DNA from: Acidobacteriota bacterium
GTDB taxonomy: Bacteria > Acidobacteriota > UBA890 > WLXD01
Assembly (NCBI GenBank): GCA_965205505.1
Contig: CBDBHB010000006.1
Span: forward strand, 224,001 to 288,000
Direction of reading: 5' to 3'
DNA: 64,000 nucleotides
A program made the position numbers and the translations under genes. This document shows positions 9,672 to 18,306 of the stretch, piece by piece; the stretch's first letter is position 1, and each line of letters begins with the position of its first letter. Below the pieces are notes generated by a model that saw nothing but the letters and a program-made list of their open reading frames with translations, was not told the origin of the DNA and ran no database searches.

Positions 9672-9687
9672 GGGAAAGATTTTTCCC
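9672..9687. promoter_or_regulatory. Candidate bEBP binding palindrome GGGAAAGATTTTTCCC
   Basis: GGGAAA-N4-TTTCCC inverted repeat about 120 bp upstream of the sigma54 site at 9554. Confidence 0.6.
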
Positions 9688-9767
9688 GGTATGGGAACGC
9701 CGCGTACCGTCCGAGCCAATCGGCACCGTGGCGCACGAGCTGGAACGGCTGGCAGTCGCGCTCGCGA

Positions 9768-11117
9768 TCAGGCAGCGGTAATGCCGCAATTGCGGATCTT
9801 GTACAGCAACGCCTTGTAGCTGATATGAAGGAGATTGGCAGCCTTACGCCGGTTCCACCGCGTCTGCTCGAGCGCCCGGCGGATCAGCTCGCCCTCGACC
9901 TCTAGTGCCGCCAACCGCGACACTTCTTTGAGCGGCGGGATAGCGCCGGCGGTTCCAATCAACGCGTCGACATCGAGCCGGCCCGCGTTGGGGTCACGGT
10001 GCGACCCCAACGATTCGATGCTACCTTCGACATCTTCGAGCACTACCATGCGCCGGATCACGTTCTGCAGCTCGCGAACGTTGCCCGGCCATTCGTGGCG
10101 CGACAACGCGTCCAGGGTCTGCCGGGAGAGCAACCCCAGACTCCGCTCGTACTCGCGCTCGTAGCGGCGTACGAAATGTTGCGCCAGCAGCGGGATCTCG
10201 TCGCGCCGTTGGCACAACGGCGGCACCTCTACGCGAATCACGTTGACACGATAGAACAGGTCCTTACGGAACGAGCCCTCGGAGATCTCGCGCTCCAGGT
10301 CGCGGTTCGTCGAGGTCACGACACGGGCATCGATCTTGATCTCGCCTCTGCCACCGAGTCGGTAGAAGCTGCCGTCCTGCAGTACCTGAAGCAGTTTCGC
10401 CTGCGTACCGCCAGCGATCTCACCGATCTCGTCGAGCAAGATCGTGCCGCCGTTGGCGAGCTCGAACTTCCCCGGCTTGTCTCGATCAGCGCCGGTAAAG
10501 GCACCGCGCTCGTAGCCGAAGAGCTCCGATTCCAGCAGCTGATCGGGCAACGCCGCGCAGTTCACCTTCACGAAGGGGCCGGTCGAACGGCCGGAGACTC
10601 CGTGCAAGTGGCGTGCGACGACCTCTTTGCCAACACCACTGTCGCCGGTGATCAGCACGGGGACGTGGGTATCGGCCACCTGTCGAACCAGTTCGCGTAT
10701 GGCGCGCATCGGCGCCGAGCCGACAACCAGCTCGTCGGTATCAACTCCTCGGGCCGACTCGAGCAGCATGACCAAGGCTCGATCGATTGCCTCGGAAGCC
10801 CCAACGCGGGTGATTCCTTTCACACAGGGGCGCTCCAGGAGCATGCGAATGTTTGCGTCTTCGAGCTCGTCGCTCAGCAACAGCACCGGAATTGATGGCC
10901 CTGCCGCCTGCAACGCATCGAGGGCTTCCGTCAGTGGTCCCTCGCGCTGCTCACCCAGCACGATTGCTTGCGGTCGAAAGCCGTTGCGTAGCACATCGAT
11001 CGCCTCGTCCCGGCTGGCCGCAGCGACGACACGGTAGCCGCTTCCGAGCAACGTCGCCCGCAGACGATCACCGCCGGCGCTGCGGTCGACGAACAAGATC
11101 TTCTTGGGGTCGGGCAT
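9768..11117 (-). CDS. sigma54-dependent bEBP with an atypical receiver domain
   Basis: GDSGVGKE, ESELFGYERGAFTGA, LLDEIGE, FRKDLFYRVNV, WPGNVREL and a C-terminal HTH. RBS GGGAG before GTG/ATG 11120/11117. Confidence 0.9.
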   Translation of the reverse strand: MPDPKKILFVDRSAGGDRLRATLLGSGYRVVAAASRDEAIDVLRNGFRPQAIVLGEQREGPLTEALDALQAAGPSIPVLLLSDELEDANIRMLLERPCVKGITRVGASEAIDRALVMLLESARGVDTDELVVGSAPMRAIRELVRQVADTHVPVLITGDSGVGKEVVARHLHGVSGRSTGPFVKVNCAALPDQLLESELFGYERGAFTGADRDKPGKFELANGGTILLDEIGEIAGGTQAKLLQVLQDGSFYRLGGRGEIKIDARVVTSTNRDLEREISEGSFRKDLFYRVNVIRVEVPPLCQRRDEIPLLAQHFVRRYEREYERSLGLLSRQTLDALSRHEWPGNVRELQNVIRRMVVLEDVEGSIESLGSHRDPNAGRLDVDALIGTAGAIPPLKEVSRLAALEVEGELIRRALEQTRWNRRKAANLLHISYKALLYKIRNCGITAA

Positions 11118-11291
11118 CACGCCAGTCTCCCGGTACAAGGCGGCCAAGGTCGGCCGGCCCGAGGTGCGGACCGGTCGGTCGCAACTCAACCTATGGGAAT
11201 TGGATTGCTCACAGCAATCCAGAATGTTTCCCACCCTCGACACGGCCGCGATCGAGCGGACAGGAGTTGCGTTTGCTGTGCAGGCGTGCGC

Positions 11292-12332
11292 TCAGGCTGC
11301 GCCAGCGCCGCCAAGCAAACGCTCGACCACGCTCTCCCAGGAATGTCGCCGCGCTACCCCGAGGCCGGCTTCGCCCAGCCCCGCGGCCACCTCCGGTCGA
11401 GTCACTCGCTGTAGCGCGATTGCCACGGCGGCGGGCTCGGGCTGCACCACGAAACCGGTCTCGCCGTCGACCACCAGCTCGGCCGGCCCCCCCGAATCGA
11501 CGCAGGTGATCACGGGCTTGGCGGCGCTGAACGCCTCTAGCGTTACCAGGCCGTAGTCCTCGGCTTGGGCCCCATACCAGACCGCGGAGCATCGAGCGTA
11601 TTCGTCGACCAACTCTGCCTCGCTGAGGCGACCCAGGAACTTCACCCGATCGCCTATCTGCAGCGCCTCCGCCAACCCGCGTAGGCGTGCCGCCTCCGGC
11701 CCCTCACCAGCGATCCGCACCGCCAGGGTCGGCGCCTCAGCGACCCCCCTCAGCAGCAGCGCGTTGCGCTTTAGCGGCTGGAGACGCGCGACCGACAACA
11801 CCACACCGTCATAGCCGTCGCAGCGGTACGGACGCTGCGGGGCCGGTGGATGGAGAACTTCCGACTCGGTACCACCCCATCGCTGGAGTCGACCCCGGAT
11901 GGTTTCGGACTGCGCGAAGACCTTTTGACTGTTACCGAGGAAACGCCGGTCCAAGCTGTGTAGGACTCGCCGCCGCAACCCCTCCACGATACGACCGCGC
12001 AGCCCCAGACTAGCGCGGAAGGAATCCCACAGGTCGTAATACTCACGCATTCGGTGGTTGAGCCACACTACGTGATGCGGATGACGTACAGCGTAGGAGG
12101 GGAAGCGCAGGCTGACCACTACATCGACAGGCTTGCCGTCGCCGGTCATGCCGACATCGGTCAGCCAGGTGGCCAGGTAGGCGGAAAGCTGGCGTCCGAA
12201 GCGGTTCTGCGGCGTAGTCAACACCTCGGCGGCGTGACCCAGCTCGCGCAACGCGCGGACGAGCGACCGAGCAATGACACGGTGGCCGCCCTCGACCAAC
12301 GGTACGTCGGAAGTAACTACGAGGGCTCGCAA
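11292..12332 (-). CDS. Glycosyltransferase family 4
   Basis: SVARLQPLKR and EDYGLVTLEAFSAAKPVI..DSGGPAE. Confidence 0.9.
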   Translation of the reverse strand: MRALVVTSDVPLVEGGHRVIARSLVRALRELGHAAEVLTTPQNRFGRQLSAYLATWLTDVGMTGDGKPVDVVVSLRFPSYAVRHPHHVVWLNHRMREYYDLWDSFRASLGLRGRIVEGLRRRVLHSLDRRFLGNSQKVFAQSETIRGRLQRWGGTESEVLHPPAPQRPYRCDGYDGVVLSVARLQPLKRNALLLRGVAEAPTLAVRIAGEGPEAARLRGLAEALQIGDRVKFLGRLSEAELVDEYARCSAVWYGAQAEDYGLVTLEAFSAAKPVITCVDSGGPAELVVDGETGFVVQPEPAAVAIALQRVTRPEVAAGLGEAGLGVARRHSWESVVERLLGGAGAA

Positions 12333-12379
12333 AGCAGTGTCCTGAAGCTAGCAGAAGTGTGGCCGGCCTGGTGGCGGAC

Positions 12380-12392
12380 TAAGTGTTTGATT
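12380..12392. promoter_or_regulatory. Candidate IHF site
   Basis: TAAGTGTTTGATT matches YAA-N4-TTGATW. Confidence 0.5.
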
Positions 12393-12423
12393 TCGTTGCG
12401 TACCGCTTCCGCGCCGAGGCGAT

Positions 12424-12475
12424 TGTTGCAGAAAAACCACACCTGCGCGGGTCGAAATGATGCAAAAATGCCACA
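12424..12475. promoter_or_regulatory. Two 18-bp candidate enhancer sites upstream of lpxC
   Basis: TGTTGCAGAAAAACCACA (12424-12441) and TGATGCAAAAATGCCACA (12458-12475). Confidence 0.55.
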
Positions 12476-12550
12476 TATCGGCCTGACGACACGATGGACT
12501 CTTGGCCGAAGTCGCTGAAACCAAAGGGGTTCGTCAGTTCATAGCCATCT

Positions 12551-12565
12551 CGGCACGGAACTTGC
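12551..12565 (+). promoter_or_regulatory. sigma54 -24/-12 promoter of lpxC
   Basis: CGGCACGGAACTTGC, 33 bp before ATG 12599. Confidence 0.8.
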
Positions 12566-12598
12566 TTGTTCATAGGCGGGATCCAATCGAGAGCGCTG

Positions 12599-13507
12599 AT
12601 GACTCTGACCCAGAAAACGATTCGACGCGAAGTGAGTTGCGCTGGCATTGGCCTGCACTGCGGCAAGCGCGTCGAGATGCGGCTGCTTCCCGCAGCGCCG
12701 GACACCGGGATCCGCTTTCGTCGAGTCGATTTTGACTCGCACGAGATCCCCGCTTCGATCGAGAACCTGCACCAGACGAGCTTCGCTACTCAGTTGAGCC
12801 TCGGCGACGCCTCGATCAACACTGTCGAACACGTATTGGCAGCCGCTAGCGGGCTCGGCGTGGACAACCTTGTCGTCGAGGTAGCGGGTGAAGAGGTGCC
12901 CATCATGGACGGGTCGGCGGCGCCGTTCGTCTATCTGCTGCACGAGGCGGGCCTGCGGCGCCAGCAAGCGCCGCGCAAATTCATAAAGCTCGTAGAGCCG
13001 CTGCGCATTGACGAGGACGACAAATTCATCGCTATCTATCCGGCGGAGCGACTGAAGGTCTCATATACGATCGATTTCGACCATCCCCTTATCGGAGTGC
13101 AGCGCGAAACGTTCGTCATCACACCGCGTGCCTTCACCGAGCAGGTCGCGCCGGCCCGCACCTTCGGTTTCCTGAGGGACGTCGAATCTATGCGCAGCCT
13201 CGGCCTTGCGCTGGGCGGTTCGATCGAGAATGCCGTCGTGGTCGGCGAGAACTCGATCCTGAACCCGCAGCTGCGGTTCCCAGACGAGTTCGTGCGACAC
13301 AAGATTCTCGACGTGATCGGCGACCTCACTCTGCTGGGCCGGCCGTTGCTCGGCTATGTAGTAGCGTACCGCGCCGGACATAGTCTGCATGCCGCGCTAG
13401 TGAACAAGATCCGCACGACGCCCGAGGCATCACAGGTCGTTACCTGGGACGACATCGTTTACGGTCTCGCCGCCCGGAGACAGGTGTCGGCAACGTCCCC
13501 CGCTTAA
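12599..13507 (+). CDS. lpxC: UDP-3-O-acyl-N-acetylglucosamine deacetylase
   Basis: QKTI, GIGLHCG, TVEHVLAA, EVPIMDGSA, ARTFGF, EFVRHKILDVIGDL and AGHSLH. Confidence 0.97.
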   Translation: MTLTQKTIRREVSCAGIGLHCGKRVEMRLLPAAPDTGIRFRRVDFDSHEIPASIENLHQTSFATQLSLGDASINTVEHVLAAASGLGVDNLVVEVAGEEVPIMDGSAAPFVYLLHEAGLRRQQAPRKFIKLVEPLRIDEDDKFIAIYPAERLKVSYTIDFDHPLIGVQRETFVITPRAFTEQVAPARTFGFLRDVESMRSLGLALGGSIENAVVVGENSILNPQLRFPDEFVRHKILDVIGDLTLLGRPLLGYVVAYRAGHSLHAALVNKIRTTPEASQVVTWDDIVYGLAARRQVSATSPA

Positions 13508-13547
13508 GCAGCGCGCTCGTCCCCAAAGTTGCACCACGGCCTGCTAG
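13504..13547 (+). repeat. Degenerate family A element (TTAA...CACCACGGCCTGCTAG)
   Basis: 16-bp exact match to the family A end at 13532-13547. The left YTAR tetramer contains the lpxC stop. Confidence 0.65.
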
Positions 13548-13626
13548 CATTGGCGGGTACGATTCTGCAGCGACCCTCTTGCCGTAGACGGGCAGGCCTG
13601 CGCGCCGCCCCAGGTCCCACGACGCG

Positions 13627-15864
13627 ATGATTCACAGCACGCCAGCCGATCAACAACGTCGAGCGCGGCATCGCAACCTGATTGTTATCGGGCTGGTGCT
13701 GTTGGTGGCGACGTTCATCGCCATCGAGATCGCCCTGCAGCAATCTACCGATAGCTGGTTACCGGTGTCCAACAAGGTGCTGCTTCATGCGATTACGATA
13801 ATCAACATCGTCCTCGTGCTGGTGCTGCTGTTCGTGCTGGGTCGAAATCTCATCAAGCTGTACGTCGACCGCCGGCACCGGAAGCTGGGTTCCAGGTTCC
13901 AGACCAAGCTCATGGCCACCTATGTGGGTCTGTCGCTGGTGCCCACCATCATCCTCTTCTTGGTAGGCAGCGACTTCATCCAGAAAAGCGTTGATCGCTG
14001 GTTTTCCAAGGACGTGACGTCGGTCCACGAGCGCGCTCGCGACCTCGTGCGCGAGGCCTCCGAGGTCCAGCAACTGCAATTACTCGGGCTCGGTGCTGCG
14101 CTAGCCGCGGAGATCACCGAGGGACGCCTGTTCCCGAACGAGGCCTGGCAGCTCTTGAGCCGCGAGATGAGTCGCAAGCTCGAGCTCGGATACCTCGACG
14201 TCGACGCCGTGGCCGTCTATCGAGACCATGAGCAGCCACATGCACCGGTGCTGCGAATCGACAGCTTCCTGCAGGGGCGTGAGTACCTGCTCGACATACC
14301 GAGCACCTCGATTCTGATGGGCATGTCGGGACAGCCATTCCGCCACGACATGGAGATCGAAGGCGGCAATCGCCTGATCCTCGCAGGTGTACCCATTTAC
14401 GCGCCGGCGGACCGTGAGGTCGACGGCGTGCTGGTGGTAGCACGAGTAATCGACGGGGCGCTGGCAGCCGAGCTTGCCGCGGTGCTCGACATCTACGCCG
14501 ACTACACGCAGGGCATCGAGGAGAAGGAGCCGATCACCAACGCCTATATCCTGACCTTCCTGCTCTTGAGCTTGCTGATCGTGTTCGGGGCAGTGTGGCT
14601 GGGGCTCTATCTGGCGAAGGGCGTTACCGGGCCCATCCGGAGTCTGTCGGAAGGTACCCGCGCGGTGGCGGCAGGGAACCTCGACTATCGGGTCCAGGTC
14701 GAGAGCAACGACGAGCTCGGCTCGCTGGTGGAGTCGTTCAACCGAATGACCGAGGATCTCTCGGTCGGCCAGCGCAACCTGGAGCAGTCCCGAACGGAGT
14801 TAGAGGGCAGCATCTCCGAGCTCGAGGAACGACGCAGCTACATGGAATCAGTACTGGCGAACATCGCCACCGGGGTAGCCTCGATGAACGCCGAGGGGCA
14901 CATTACGACATTCAACCGAGCTACCGCCGACATGCTGGGCATCGACGCGGGCGCGGCCATCGGCAAACCGTATGGAGAGGTCTTTGCCGGCGATAACTTC
15001 GCTGAGCTGCGAACGCTCATACAGCACGCGCGTCCGCGGTTGGCAGCGCTGGAAGAAGAGCTGACGGTAGAGGCCGCCGGCCAGCGGCTGACGCTCGCCG
15101 TGCACTGCTCGAGCCTGCGCGACAAATCGAGTGGGTATCTCGGCACCGTCGTGGTGCTCGATGACCTCACCGGGCGAATCCGCGCCCAAAAGGTCGCTGC
15201 CTGGCGCGAGGTGGCACGCCGGATCGCCCACGAAATCCGCAATCCGCTCACTCCGATCCAGCTCTCGGCGCAGCGTATCGCCCGTCGCTACAAGCGCGCC
15301 GTCGGAGCCGAGGACGAGTACGCCGTAATCGACGAAGGGACCCGCACGATTCTGCAGGAGGTCGCCACGCTGAAGTCGCTGGTGGAAGAATTCAGCCGCT
15401 TCGCACGCATGCCGTCGGCCAAGCCTGTTTCGTCCGACCTTCACCGGATCCTCGAGGACAGTCTACGCCCGTATCCCGAGCTCCATCCGGAGCTCGAGAT
15501 CAAACGGAATTTGACCGCCGACGTACCGCCGTTGCAGCTTGACCCAGACCAAATGCGACGGGCGTTCACCAACCTGTTCGATAACGCGGTCAAAGCAATG
15601 CAAGGCAACGGGCGACTGAGCGTCACCACCGTGTTCGACTCTGATCTCGAGGTAGTTCGGGTGGAAGTCGCCGACAACGGCCCCGGAATCCGCCCGGAAG
15701 ACAAGGACCGGCTGTTCATTCCGTACTTCTCCCGAGAACACGACGGAACCGGGTTGGGCTTGGCAATCGTGCGGCAGATCGTCTCGGATCACCGTGGATA
15801 CATACGGGTCGTCGACAACGTGCCTCACGGCACTACCTTTGTCGTTGAGTTGCCGACAAGCTGA
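13627..15864 (+). CDS. NtrY-like membrane histidine kinase (HAMP-PAS-HisKA-HATPase)
   Basis: Several TM helices, a HAMP domain, AWREVARRIAHEIRNPLTPIQLSA, NLFDNA, DNGPG and GTGLGL. Confidence 0.92.
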   Translation: MIHSTPADQQRRARHRNLIVIGLVLLVATFIAIEIALQQSTDSWLPVSNKVLLHAITIINIVLVLVLLFVLGRNLIKLYVDRRHRKLGSRFQTKLMATYVGLSLVPTIILFLVGSDFIQKSVDRWFSKDVTSVHERARDLVREASEVQQLQLLGLGAALAAEITEGRLFPNEAWQLLSREMSRKLELGYLDVDAVAVYRDHEQPHAPVLRIDSFLQGREYLLDIPSTSILMGMSGQPFRHDMEIEGGNRLILAGVPIYAPADREVDGVLVVARVIDGALAAELAAVLDIYADYTQGIEEKEPITNAYILTFLLLSLLIVFGAVWLGLYLAKGVTGPIRSLSEGTRAVAAGNLDYRVQVESNDELGSLVESFNRMTEDLSVGQRNLEQSRTELEGSISELEERRSYMESVLANIATGVASMNAEGHITTFNRATADMLGIDAGAAIGKPYGEVFAGDNFAELRTLIQHARPRLAALEEELTVEAAGQRLTLAVHCSSLRDKSSGYLGTVVVLDDLTGRIRAQKVAAWREVARRIAHEIRNPLTPIQLSAQRIARRYKRAVGAEDEYAVIDEGTRTILQEVATLKSLVEEFSRFARMPSAKPVSSDLHRILEDSLRPYPELHPELEIKRNLTADVPPLQLDPDQMRRAFTNLFDNAVKAMQGNGRLSVTTVFDSDLEVVRVEVADNGPGIRPEDKDRLFIPYFSREHDGTGLGLAIVRQIVSDHRGYIRVVDNVPHGTTFVVELPTS

Positions 15865-15874
15865 GCGCGCGACG

Positions 15875-17251
15875 GTGCCCGAAGACGGCCGGATTCTGGT
15901 AGTCGATGACGAGCGCAACGTACGCGCTACGCTCGCAGGAGTGCTCGGCGACGAGGGTTACGAGGTCGTCGCGGTGGGCAGCGGCGAGGAAGGGCTCGAG
16001 GAGCTGCAACGAGGCGATTACGACCTCGTTCTGCTCGACATCTGGCTGCCGGCGATGGACGGCCTCGAGGTTCTCGAACAGATCGGCTCGACGAACATCG
16101 AGTGCGAGGTCGTCATGATCTCCGGGCACGGAAGCATCGATGCCGCGGTCAAGTCGATCAAGCTCGGCGCGTTCGACTTCATCGAGAAGCCGTTGTCGCT
16201 CGACCGGGTGCTCTTGGTGGTTACGAACGCCATACGGCAGCGGCGGCTCGTGCGTGAGAACCTGCAGCTACGAGCGCAGGTGAGCGGGCGGGTCGACATT
16301 GTCGGCCACAGCGAACAGATCGTGGCGCTGCGCCGACAGGTCGATCGCGCTGCGCCGAGCAACGGGCGCGTGCTGATCTTCGGCGAGAACGGCACTGGCA
16401 AAGAGCTCGTCGCCCGGAGAATCCACGCGCTCTCTAACAGGCGCGACGGCAGGTTCGTCGAGGTGAACTGTGCCGCCATCCCCGACGACCTAATAGAAAG
16501 CGATCTTTTCGGCCATGTGAAGGGGGCGTTCACCGGCGCCGTGGCCACCAAGGCCGGAAAGTTCGAGCTCGCCGACAGAGGTACGTTGTTCCTCGACGAG
16601 GTCGGCGACATGAGCCTCAAGACCCAGGCCAAGGTGTTGCGGGTGTTAGAGGAGCAGCGGTTCCAGCCTCTCGGCTCGAATGAAACGCTCGATGTCGATG
16701 TCCGCGTCATCGCTGCCACCAACAAGGACTTGAGGGCGGCGATCGTCGATGGGGCATTCCGGGAAGATCTCTACTACCGTCTCAACGTCATACCGATCCA
16801 CGTACCGCCATTGCGCGCTCGTCGCGAGGACATCCCGCTGCTGGCCGACCGCTTTCTGCAGGACCTCGGAGCAGAGTACAGACAACACCCCAAGAGCCTG
16901 AGCGAGGAGGCGGTCGCCCTTCTTGCGGCCCAGCGGTGGCCCGGTAACGTGCGCGAACTGCGTAACGTCTGCGAGCGTGCCGTGATCATGGCGGCAACCG
17001 ACATCATCACGGAGGCGGACATCGCGACAATGGTCGAAGCATCGCTCACCGCATCCTCGGCAATCGACCAGGACCTGTCACTTCGAGCCGCACGCGAGAT
17101 CTTCGAACGGCGATTGATCATGGCGAAGCTGCGCGAGTTCAGCGGCAGTGTTCGTAAGGCTGCCGAGGCGTTGGGCATCGAACGCAGCCATCTGTATCGA
17201 AAACTGAAAGCATACGGAATAGACCCAACGGATACGATCGCTGGTGGCTAG
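15875..17251 (+). CDS. NtrX-like sigma54-dependent response regulator
   Basis: ILVVDDE, LLDIWLP, MISGHG, GENGTGKE, GAFTGA and HTH IERSHLYRK. GTG start at 15875. Confidence 0.92.
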   Translation: MPEDGRILVVDDERNVRATLAGVLGDEGYEVVAVGSGEEGLEELQRGDYDLVLLDIWLPAMDGLEVLEQIGSTNIECEVVMISGHGSIDAAVKSIKLGAFDFIEKPLSLDRVLLVVTNAIRQRRLVRENLQLRAQVSGRVDIVGHSEQIVALRRQVDRAAPSNGRVLIFGENGTGKELVARRIHALSNRRDGRFVEVNCAAIPDDLIESDLFGHVKGAFTGAVATKAGKFELADRGTLFLDEVGDMSLKTQAKVLRVLEEQRFQPLGSNETLDVDVRVIAATNKDLRAAIVDGAFREDLYYRLNVIPIHVPPLRARREDIPLLADRFLQDLGAEYRQHPKSLSEEAVALLAAQRWPGNVRELRNVCERAVIMAATDIITEADIATMVEASLTASSAIDQDLSLRAAREIFERRLIMAKLREFSGSVRKAAEALGIERSHLYRKLKAYGIDPTDTIAGG

Positions 17252-17349
17252 TGCTCCTGATCATGAGTACGGTGCGTTTGCAGGAGCCCTGTGGTTTGCT
17301 CCCCACGGGAACGTGGGGCGTCGGTGCACATCTCATGCTCATGAAGGAG
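17248..17349. repeat. Family C CTAG-bounded element at the ntrX-like stop codon
   Basis: CTAGTGCTCCTGATCAT is the exact reverse complement of 20487-20503. A degenerate right arm TGCTCATGAAGGAG and an internal CCCCACG/CGTGGGG hairpin are present. Confidence 0.65.
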
Positions 17350-17479
17350 GCGTCGGAGCGGTGTCCGGGTCCCGGAAGCGGGGTGGCTCGAGGCTCGCGC
17401 CGACTCGCCTGGGCAGCAGAGGGCGGTCAGGCGGCTGCGCTTACGAAAGCTGTTTTGCACAACAATGCACACCCGTGCG

Positions 17480-17509
17480 TTGACCATACCGCGCTGCTAT
17501 TGCTAGCAT
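17480..17509 (+). promoter_or_regulatory. Candidate sigma70 promoter
   Basis: TTGACC-18-TAGCAT with a TGn extension, upstream of TTG 17572. Confidence 0.45.
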
Positions 17510-17571
17510 TGGATGTCTGGGGCGGACATCTTGTTAGCGGGGGGCGAGCGCTCGGGGTGGAGCGTTATCCG

Positions 17572-18282
17572 TTGAAGTGTCCGAAATGTGGTCTGGTCAC
17601 GTTCGATCACTTGCCGCAATGCCCGTCGTGCAGTGCGTCCTTTCGGCTGAACCGCGTGCTGACTCGACGGCGACGCGACCCGAGTCGACCGATCTATCTA
17701 CCGGCCGCGTCGCCGCCCGAGACGGACGGCGTTGTCGACTCGGCGGAACTGCCGGTCGAGACGAGGCAACGTGGTCCAACGGAGCCACGGCCGCCAGCCG
17801 CATGCACGCCACCTCCGGTCGTCGAGCCGGCGACGGTGGCCGAGCCGAGCCCTTTGGATGCTCAGGTCGCGCCGTTGGAACCGGCGCCGGCGGCGCCGGC
17901 TACGCTACCCGAAGTACCCGCTCCCGTCATCGCAGCCACGATGGCGAACAACGATGCGAATGGCGAAGGCCATCTGAGCCTGGGGCAGCTGGCGGCGGCC
18001 GAGCGGCGGCGAGCTCTTGCTGCTTCGGCCAACCGGCGAGCCATAGCGTCAAGCCCTGCGCCGTCGTCACCGCCGGAGGCCGCAGAGAACCCAGAGGATG
18101 CACACAGGCGCGATGCCCAAGCGCTGAAGGAACGCATGATGCGCGCCAGTCGGGCCAGGCGGAAGCGGCGACCCGATCTGGTCGCCGAGACAATCGACCC
18201 GGTGTTGCCAGGATGGTACGAACCAGGAATCGAGAATCCCGCCGCAGAGCCCGTCGCGGCGGGCCCGTCGTCGGACCGATGA
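17572..18282 (+). CDS. Hypothetical protein with an N-terminal zinc ribbon and a Pro/Ala-rich region
   Basis: GGAG, then TTG giving MKCPKCGLVTFDHLPQCPSC (CxxC-x10-CxxC). Confidence 0.7.
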   Translation: MKCPKCGLVTFDHLPQCPSCSASFRLNRVLTRRRRDPSRPIYLPAASPPETDGVVDSAELPVETRQRGPTEPRPPAACTPPPVVEPATVAEPSPLDAQVAPLEPAPAAPATLPEVPAPVIAATMANNDANGEGHLSLGQLAAAERRRALAASANRRAIASSPAPSSPPEAAENPEDAHRRDAQALKERMMRASRARRKRRPDLVAETIDPVLPGWYEPGIENPAAEPVAAGPSSDR

Positions 18283-18306
18283 AGAGCATGAGAAGGAGGG
18301 GTCCAG

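Noticed and set aside
17251-17571. 107-aa N-terminal extension of the Zn-ribbon ORF, and similar extensions on purH, purB, tyrS, ruvA and pilD
   Set aside because: The extensions run through repeat or promoter DNA or through neighbouring genes. RBS position and family N-termini support downstream starts.
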